Shown piece after piece: positions 39,656 to 48,759 of a stretch of 48,759 bases of DNA. Origin of the DNA: Anthoceros angustus. Taxonomy: Eukaryota > Plantae > Anthocerotophyta. Under the pieces are notes generated by a model. That model was given only the letters and a program-made list of their open reading frames with translations, made no database searches and was not told the DNA's origin. The stretch's first letter is position 1. Every line of letters begins with the position of its first letter. Made by a program: the position numbers and the translations under genes. The stretch covers positions 1-48,759 of the forward strand of contig MU008241.1 in the NCBI GenBank assembly GCA_010909165.1, in the 5' to 3' direction.

Positions 39656-41378
39656 ATAGTCCATTCCTCCGAGTGACTAGGGCATGCACGAGATGGTCAA
39701 TCAGAAGCGCAAGAAGATGTTTTAGAGGCCTCCTGAGGCCCCTTGTCGATCAGCCACCTACACCTCCACAGCCTGAAGATTCTTTTCATAAGAAGAAGAC
39801 CAACATGACAATAAGACGTCACCGTCCAAAGAGGCAACTGAGACATCTTGTCAAGTTGAGTCTCCAGGTGTCTAGGAATTAAGTGAAGAATGGTCTAGCT
39901 TAGCTTCTCATGTTAGTTGTGCAGTTGAAGTCACTTTAATTAAAATGCTTATAAGTCATGTAGCTTGTTTTTATCTAGTTTCAGTGTGCATGGGAATTAA
40001 GTCAGACACTTTAGGCATGTTGTAAACATGATGAAGGAGTGTGGAGGTGCGACTGCTTTGGACGATGATGCTGGCTATGGCAATTGCGGGTGGCATCATG
40101 GAGAGGAGCTTAGGAGTGGTGGCGCCACCGCACATGGGGTACGTCGATGGCTGCTACGGCGCTTAGGCTCTCATTGTGAAGAGTGCTACTGGCCCAACGC
40201 TGAGCTTTTGACATTTGTAGTAACCACTTTATGGGTTGCATGTGTGGTTGTTGCAAGATGGTGGATTATGTGAAGGCTTCGTACACTGACCTGCTACTGC
40301 TAAGCGAAGCGATCCCTTTGATCCCTGAGGAGGAAATGCCAACATTGCAATCTACTTGCTCTCGCTTGTTATTTCCTAAACTACTACCATGCGAGCATGG
40401 ATTTCATGTGTGAGACATGCTTGCTGGTAGACAATCACGGAAGCTCATCATCTCGGTTATCGAGTTTTTTAGTAGTTGCATGAGTAGCAAGGGTGTTAAT
40501 TGCCTGAGGAGCTCCATTAACCTTAGTCTACATTTTTGTGATCCTACCCAGTCTAGAAGATACATCTGCTCCATTTGTCATCTTCAACTGCCTGAAGATT
40601 TTCATCATGATTCATTGCCATGATTTTTATTGCCGTATTGAACCCGCAAAGCTGGTGACTTGTGATCTTCTCCCCGGTATTGAGGAGGTTTGTGACCTTA
40701 TCAAGGGAGTTCTGTGGTGCTAATGTGCTGGGACAGCAAGCACAGGCTGGAGGATTTGATAACCATCTCCTACAAGCTTTAGCCTGTTTTGTGGAGCGAC
40801 CAGAGACCGAGTTTGAAGGCCTGAACATCACCTGCGTACAATTGGAAGCTAGATCAATCGATAACCATCTTAACTAAAATACGAACTACTGTAACTGCCA
40901 TGATAAGATCATGTTACCATAACTACTATCCTAACACTCCCACTTAGTGAGCATTTTAGTCAATTTAATGACCATTAAAATCCAAGTACTTAAACAACAT
41001 GATGAAACGCACTGAAATAAGTTTACATGCGTGCGGTACAGTACCACACACTGCACATGGAAAGTAAGGCTACCAGCTAGGCAACGATTACTCTCCATTC
41101 CTACTCTCCTCCCTTGTGCTCTAAACCACCTACAAAAGGACTAAGATGGCGAGCCTCAATGTAGTGGAGTTGGCACTCTTGATTGCTGGGGTCTTTGCTG
41201 CTCTCTTCATTCACGCTCGCCCTTATCAAGGTGCCTACTCTTGCAAGCATTTGGAGTTGTAGTCGTGCTCAATAGCAAGCATGGGTTACCAGAAAGGATT
41301 GCGATGCCTGGGCTGCTCCAGAGTGTGGGTGCCTACCACAAAATTCTCTAAACGGTCTTCTTGCCTAATGAAATAGAG

Positions 41379-41633
41379 TGTTGAAATCATGATCAGGATT
41401 TAGGGTTTAGCTAACAAGTACATATATAGAGGGCTCATGTACTTAGAATTATTTTCATATACCCGTTCATTAGGGTTACGTCTCTTGGTGAGTAGAGACA
41501 CCTGTTCATATCAAATTAAGTTGTCTTTTTCATGCATAAGCAATAGTAGTCTTCTTCCTTGATGATACAATGTAGTTATCTTAATTGATTAATTGATCTG
41601 CATTTACCTTATAAATTGTCATGGTATCAGAGC
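41379..41633 (+). mobile_element. Orphan 5' LTR plus perfect tRNA-Met PBS
   Basis: TGTTG...GTCA (41379-41621) immediately followed by TGGTATCAGAGC (41622-41633). Confidence 0.8.
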
Positions 41634-41859
41634 TACCAATGCAAATTGCATTCTAGAGAATGCACATTGAATTGTGCATTAGGAGATGTGCACAATTATA
41701 CATCTTTTGCTGTTTCTTGTTAAGAAATTAAGTCTAAGTTCAAGAAAACAACAAATGATCAAGAAACGAAATTGTGTTGCTTTTTCTTAGAATTTTTTTT
41801 ATATTAATATGATCACCTACCAATGTAGGAGTAGCTCCTACCACGGTAGGAGAGGGGTA

Positions 41860-44815
41860 TGAAGGATCGTGTGGCAGCCCATGATGGTGGAAAGAGGAGA
41901 GGAGAGGAGGAAGCAAATGTATCTCTCACATTGAGATGAGACTCTGGGGGTATTTATACCTCCAGGGCTCCTAGGAAGCTCCACAAGAAGCCCCTAGGAA
42001 GGAGCACAAGAAGCTTCCTAGTGATTAGCTTCTAAACTAATGATACTTAATCGACACCTAACTTAGACTAAGTGTATTAGTCTAAGTACATTGGGCTTTA
42101 ATACCCTTACAACCTCCCACTTAAAGGCCAATTTACCTTCAGAGAAGAATGGACTACCTCATGCCCATGTCCGAGCTTGTGCAAATTGCTCAGAGAGTCC
42201 CTTGGTAAGAATATCTCTAGGTTCTGGTGTGAACCTTGACAAGTTGTACCCTCTTGTCATCCAACACCTCTCGAATGAAGTGATACTTCACATCCACATG
42301 TTTAGTCTTCGCATGAAACATCGGATTCTTTGCCAATTGATAGCACTGCTATCACAATGCAACACCGACTCAACCTTGATCCCCAAGTCTCCCACTAAAC
42401 GAGCAAGCCATATGGCTTCCTTGCCCCGCCACGCAACATACCCTGTGGTAGATAGCGTAATGCACGATCGCAAACGAGATCGCCATGAGATCGCCTCCAA
42501 AGGTACATGAAGACATAACTCGATGTGGACCTCCTTTTGTCCATATCCTCGCATAATCGATCTGTACCCAACCACACATGCATCTTCACTACCAAAACAT
42601 ATGCACAAAGCTTTTGTACCATTCAGATACCTCATAACTCCTTTATCGCCTCCCAATGCTTCTTGCCGTGGTTTGACATAAACTCGCTAACCACTCCCAC
42701 GCAAAGGCAATGTCGGACGTAGCAATCATTGCATACATCAAACTCCCTACCGATGAGAGTATGGGACCTTCTCCATTTCAGCTTTTGTCCTCCTCGTAGC
42801 TTGGGCAATCCGCTTGAAAGTTTCACATATGGAGGCAATGGAGTACCCAATGGTTTCCCTTCTCCATGTTGAAACGTTGAAGCACCGTTAATGTATTCCG
42901 TCGAGACAAATAAAGCTTATGTCCTGCTCCAAATACGCATGCCAAGTATATGGCTCGCCTCCCAAGTCCGTCATTTCAAAGTGAGCATTCAACTTTGACT
43001 TCAACAAATCTCATCAAGATGCTCCAAAGAATTAGCATATCATCCACATAGAGGATCAAAATGAGCAAGCTTTGATCCTTAGCTTGCTTCAGATAGAGGC
43101 AATGATCCTCATCGCCACGCTTTGTAGCCTTGAGAAAGCATAAATGAGTGGAACTTGTGATACCACTGGGTGCTTTCAAACCATAAAGGCTCTTCCTCAA
43201 CCTGCACACCAGATTCTCTTTGCCCTTCTCAACAAAACCTTCTAGTTGCTGCATGTAGACGTCCTCTTGAAGGTCACCATGCAAGAATGCCGTCTTGACA
43301 TCCATCTGTACAAGTTCCATATCATTCCTGGCAACCAAAGCAAGAACACATCGCAAAGTTGTCATTTTGACTACTGGTGAGAAAATCTCATCAAAGTCAA
43401 TGCCTGGTTGTTGCTTGAAACCCTTAGCAACCAATCGTGCCTTGTACTTTGGTTTGCCATCAAGGGGTATGACCTTCATCTTGTACACCCATTTGCAGAG
43501 TGCCTTCTTATCCTAGGCAACCAACCAACTCCCAAGTTTGGTTCTTATGCAAATAATTCATTTCGATCGCATGGCCTTCTCCACTTGCTTTGTTACTCAT
43601 TGACATGGCCTCTTTGTAAGAAGAGGGTTCCCACAACTGTCAATATGACATAATCCAGAGATGGATCATACCCGTGAGGTCGTGTAATCCCCACCGACAG
43701 GGCACTCTATAGGAGCTTGTTCGACTCTTGGTTCATCTATCTGGAGGAATGTGCTCACATTACCACTGTATCAACCCGCCCATGATGATCATGTCCATCT
43801 TCTTGAAGATCACCCTTCGCACCTCCACAGCTTGGAGTAGGCTTCTGCATCTTGTTCTCATTGAAGAACACGTCGTTAGTACGAACAACCTTTCTAGCCT
43901 CGGATCCCACGGTATCCCATCTCACTAATCACCATAGCCAAGAAAAATACATTTCTTGGACTTAGGTGCCAACTTGTCCCGAAACTCTTTTGGAACATGG
44001 CAAGATGCCTCATGCCCAAACACTCGCAGATGCTTGTAGGATGGTTTCTTTCCGCACTATAGCTCCTCTCGAACTCGCTCATCAAATTTTATTAGGAGAT
44101 CTGTTAATAAGATGAATTGCGTGAGACATCGCTCGCCAAAACCCATTAGGCAATCCGAGTTTGACAACAAACCACGCATCCTCTCCTCGAATGGTTCATC
44201 CGCCACCACACCATTTTGTGGAGGAGTATGGCGCATAATTCTCTTTTGATTCCTTGGAATCAGAATGACCGAAAGCTGAAACATACTTCCACCATTATCT
44301 CCTTAGACACTTCAATCGGTGGCCGATCGATTCTCTACAAGGGTGACAAATCAACACCGCCGAACTTCATCCTTTTCCTCAAAGGATAAACCCACACCTT
44401 GTGAGAAATCATCTATGAAAGTGACAAAATAGAGGCACCGCCTAATGATGCAAGAGGCATAGGTCCACATACATCATCGTGAACCAACTCAAGAGGTTTA
44501 CTCCTACCTTTACCTCTTGTTCGATGTGATGATTTTGTCTGCTTCCCATATAAACAAAGGCTCACACATCGAGAGATCGAGAAGTTAAGCAGGATATAAC
44601 CGTAACGAGATAAAACCTTCATTCCCTTCTCGAGACATATGTCCTAACCGCAATGCCACAAGGAAACATTTGGTCGCTCACATACGATCACATGATCTTT
44701 GAGGTTTACTCAAGTGAGTACAAAGTGCCACACTTCGATCCACGAGCTAACACAAGAGAACCTTTGGAGATCTTCCAAGAGTGATCCCCAAACCAGCAGT
44801 GGTAACCAGCATCAT
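41860..44815 (-). mobile_element. Second copy of Copia A, 5'-truncated (end of PR, INT, RT, RH, PPT, 3' LTR 41860-42111)
   Basis: Reverse-complement near-identity to 6000-9006; ORF 42976-43488 RT motifs (KYKARLVAKG, QMDVKTAFLHG, LYVDDMLI). Confidence 0.93.
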
Positions 44816-44819
44816 CTTG

Positions 44820-45012
44820 AAACTTTTGTGAGCGGAAGCTCGTTGAATTGCAAGAAGGAATAAAAGCAATTAATTAAAAAGGTTGAATACAAAATTGTCT
44901 TAAGTACTTCATGTGAGAAGGTGTGACCATTCACCACTAACCAAGATATTAAATAACTAAATAATAACTGGTAGGTTAATAAGAACCTTCCACATTCTAA
45001 CACTCCCACTTA
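44820..45012 (-). mobile_element. Remnant LTR start with PPT
   Basis: Minus strand reads TTAAGTGGGAG|TGTTAG, the same PPT/LTR junction type as at 40930-40946 and 48205-48219. Confidence 0.5.
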
Positions 45013-45044
45013 ACCTAAGCAGGTAATTTTTTTTAATTCCACCA

Positions 45045-45160
45045 CTCCAGGTAAATACGAGTAACTCCATGTAAATATGGGTAATTCTAGGTAAATACGG
45101 GTAGATACAGGTGAATACCATTATGTACCGTTAAAAATACCGTTATGTACCCATCACCAT
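45045..45160. repeat. Cluster of short GTAAATACGG/TACCG repeats; possible DNA-transposon (hAT-like) terminus
   Basis: GTAAATAC/GTAGATAC/GTGAATAC repeated, ending in ATCACCATG. Confidence 0.4.
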
Positions 45161-46319
45161 GCACATGTAGGGGTAATGGGGGTTGTTGGGCATTAAAGAC
45201 CCATACCCCCTTCACCCCGTGAAAGCCGTATCCCGCGCCGGCTTCAAAAACACACCAGCCATGGACCTGAAAAACCAGCGAACACGGGCGAAGCCGTCAG
45301 CTCAACGCAGAGGGTATCGGCTCAGAACAATGGAGGGAGGACGGGCGCGCACGGCGCGGATGAGCGTGGGAGGTCGCGCCCTAAGGGGCAATCTTGCAGG
45401 GCGCCAACAAGCGGCTGAGTCTGCCGAGTGCGCATGCGATCTAAAAGACCGGATCACTGCATCCGTCACGCCACTCCACAACGCCGCCACGGCCTGAGAC
45501 GTCCGTGACGGGCCCTCGGCGAAGCAGCTGACTCCCTGCGATCGACGCGGCGAGGCGCGTGGTCGCCTCCACCACCCAATCTTGTGTCCTTGCTCCTTTG
45601 TTCCCTGTAACAGGCTTTCTGTCCACAACCCATAAGGGATGCACCCTCAAATGGAGACATCCTAAACATGAGATGCAGGCATCTGGGCACCCTGAACGAG
45701 GACAGGCATCTGGGCATGAAAAATAGCCGTGCAGTTGTAAACCCTATATTTATGCTTCATATCCTGTTCTTGATTTTCCTTGAAGAGGTGCTTGCTGTTA
45801 ACCATAAAGTGCATATGATCTTGCTCCAGATACATGGCCAATGGAAAAACTCCGTAGAGGTCCGATGCGTGTTGATCCTAACCGTCATCCAGATGTGAGA
45901 TATGACCAGAGACACTTTGAGGAGGACAGAGAAAAGATCCAAGGAGTGATAAGAAGAAGGATAGCCGCTAGAAAGGGGGACATCCAAGACCTACACTCCT
46001 TTGGATGCAGTGGGAAGAGTGGATAGTGCCCGGCGTCTTGAGGTAAAATAATGCAGGTGATAATTGTTAGTTGAAAAATACTAACCCTTAGATCAATTAC
46101 TAGTCAGTTCACGATTTTATTTAACCTGTATGCTTCATCCACTATACTGACCTGTAATGTGCAGGCAACTTAACAGAAAGAAAAAAAAAACTTTACACTG
46201 ACCATGGATGCCTTGAAATATGTAAACAGACTCAGGTGGCGAAAACTGGCAAGCTAAGAAGTTAGCAGCTAGTAAAACTCAAGTCAAGAAGCGTGAGCCA
46301 TGTCAAGGCCATGTCGCGC

Positions 46320-47292
46320 AATGGCCGCATAGCATCGCATGCGGCGACCCGCAGATTCCTTGCGCAGGAAAAATTGCCTTGGCCTTTGGCCGGAAGGACA
46401 CCAAGTTCTTCCTTGGTCTTTGGCCAAAAGGGCAGCAAAGTTCCTGGCCTTAGCCAAGGAACAAGGCAAAGGGAGGCATAAATAGCCTCCGACCGCGAAC
46501 AGGTGAGATCAAGTTGGTTGCCTGAGGCTCCCACTTGATAGTGCGGTTCCCAAAAGTCACAAGAGAGAAATGAGAAAAACTGTAGGGACGAAGTATGGCT
46601 GCCTTTCCATTCAGACAAACATCTACAATCCAAGAATCCACGGCTGGGTGCCCACATATATAGGCAAAACCCTCAGGAGTTCTCGATGAAGTGCCTCCTC
46701 GTTCTTGATGGTAGGCACTTTAGGTCTATTTATAATCCTACTTTCCTTGGCCTTCGAACAAATAATAATGTTTATGTGTTCAACCATCTATTCGCCCTTT
46801 TCCTTGATTTACGATTTTTATGTATTTTCCAATATAGGTCCGCTGCCTATATATGCGTCATGCCACCGCGCCTTACATACATAACCATGTATATAGATTG
46901 CATGCGCCATGACACATCGTCCCTCAACATGTCCACATACATCACATGTCATCCATCCGTCGCACATACCATGTGCATGCCATCCATGGGCAATGCACAT
47001 GCCATCACATGCACTCGCATCCAAATCAAGTGGCTTATGCCAAATGGGATGCCAATCGGCGTCATTGTTTCATCGGGCCTTGCTTTGTCGACAAGAATAA
47101 AGATGACAACAAGAATGGCCGTGATAGCCGCATGCGGCGCCTGACTGCGATTCCTTCGTCTGCAGCAGCAAAATTCGTCCTTGGCCTTTGGCCGGAAGGA
47201 CACCAAGTTCTTCCTTGGTCTTTGGCCAAAAGGGCAGCAAAGTTCCTGGCCTTAGCCAAGGAACAAAGGCAAAGGGAGGCAAAATAGCCTCC
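46320..47292. repeat. Pair of ~170-bp direct repeats (46320-46490 and 47113-47292)
   Basis: The core CCTTGGCCTTTGGCCGGAAGGACACC...GCCAAGGAACAA is identical in both copies. Confidence 0.93.
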
Positions 47293-47377
47293 ACGACGCT
47301 CGGAAAATCTAGGGGTGAAAAACCCACAGCTTTTCCACATCAAAAGCTACCACAATCCGAGTGAAAACACTACTTAC

Positions 47378-47962
47378 CAGAAACCAAACCATCCTTTCTG
47401 CGGGCCTGTGTGAGACGAGGAGGATGCATCACTCAAGTCCTCATCATCCGATTCTTCAATGTGTTCGGCTTGATCTCTTGAGCTTGACTCCAAGAGCGAC
47501 AAAACTCAAAATCGGACTGTCACGTACCTCCTGCTCGGATAATCAAAAACAGGCTTGGGACAGTGAATGACCATGTGTGGTTCTACCAGCTTGCGCAGCA
47601 ACCGAAATGCCTTCTTGTCCGCTGAATCCCATTCTGTCTGCTCAATGTAGGGGATCTTCAACTTGTCTGTGACACGATAAAATTGCCTAGGCCATCCGAC
47701 AACTGTATGGCCTGTCTTGAGGTGATGGAAAAACAGAAGCCAATCTTTTAGATAGACTAACCTCTCTGGCACCCTGTCCTCCCACATGATCAACTCCTTG
47801 GGTAACCTCAAACCGTCAAACGTTTGATGCATGAAGAAGTGGTGCTAGATTTTGCGCCAGGCTCCTTCACAGTAGGCTGTCCATGTCCTGGAGTCCTCTC
47901 CTGTGCAGCTCAAACAAATCACGGTGGTCTGTGGGGTAGAATTCCACCCGACACCGCTCATG
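47378..47962 (-). pseudogene. Exon-like fragment of an unknown protein
   Basis: Protein-like ORF 47506-47832 with an acidic continuation (EESDDEDLSD), ending at donor TG|GTAAGT at 47377. Confidence 0.4.
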
Positions 47963-47979
47963 GTTGAAAAATATGAGAA

Positions 47980-48219
47980 TTGGTGTAGATCAATTGCTAT
48001 AAAATAACTACATTATTATATTTGTTAAAACAATGAGTATGTAAAACACAAGCAAAATAACTGAACTTAACCTAGGTGGGTCAATAGACACACCCCTTCA
48101 TAAGGACGTAACCCTAATGAACGGGCACCTAGACTTATAATAGCTATGAACGCATTCACACTATATATGTACCAAATCGAACCCTAATGAATTAACACTT
48201 GTTCTCATCACTCCCACTT
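47980..48219 (-). mobile_element. 3' LTR plus PPT, related to the LTR at 41379-41621
   Basis: GACGTAACCCTAATGAACGGG (48104-48124) is the exact reverse complement of 41462-41482; PPT complement CTCCCACTT at 48211. Confidence 0.6.
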
Positions 48220-48759
48220 GTTAATTATTATGGAGTCTTTTGCCTCCTCCACTACGTCCCGTGTTGTGAAGACTGTGAGTCCATTGAGAATCTCACGATC
48301 CTTGTGTGTACTTTGGGACGTAAGCTCAAGATGGCGGTACGGTGTGAAGGCGACCATCTTGTGTTCGCGCTTGTAGCGCTTTACGTCCCATGCCTCCGGC
48401 AATAAAGCTGCTGAGCGAAGGCTAAGAATAACATTTGTTTCAAGTCAATGAAACTTTGATTATTTAATGGTAAATAATGACTTTTTGTTATATGGTTGAT
48501 GAAACCAATCCTTACCTTGACTAATCAAATCTCTCACCTCATGCCTCCATCACTTTAACTTGCCTTTTCACTATTGAAAGTTCTCTATGCAATCTGAATA
48601 TATTAAGATATTATTATCTATTATAATTTAATAATATTTCTCTTAATTTATCCTGATATATTATATTATCTTCTCAATTACCATTCACAAAAAGAATCTA
48701 ATCCTACTCAACTTCATAGACAAATAGAGTACTTGTAAGAAAAATATCTCACACATCCT

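Noticed and set aside
41622-41633. tRNA gene
   Set aside because: Only the 12-nt PBS complement of tRNA-Met; no cloverleaf.

Overview
Eukaryotic land-plant genomic DNA (probably a fern or other seed-free plant; this is an inference from element style and gene sequence). Most of the window is nested, fragmented LTR retrotransposons: several Ty1/Copia elements and a non-chromovirus Ty3/Gypsy family with a downstream extra ORF. It also holds a LINE fragment, possible DNA-transposon debris and a 68-nt N gap. One intact host gene is present, a 10-exon BRASSINOSTEROID-SIGNALING KINASE (BSK, 490 aa, 34252-38372, +). The most unusual object is a very young, full-length Copia element (23979-30509, -). 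Besides gag-pol, it appears to carry an intron-containing antisense gene between pol and the PPT, and a long sense ORF plus a splice acceptor in its 5' leader. Many TE frameshifts are 1-nt losses at CAG/CTG (CHG) sites, which looks like methylation-linked sequencing error, so several 'dead' elements may be intact in vivo. Coordinates were read by eye; boundaries of degenerate elements are approximate.
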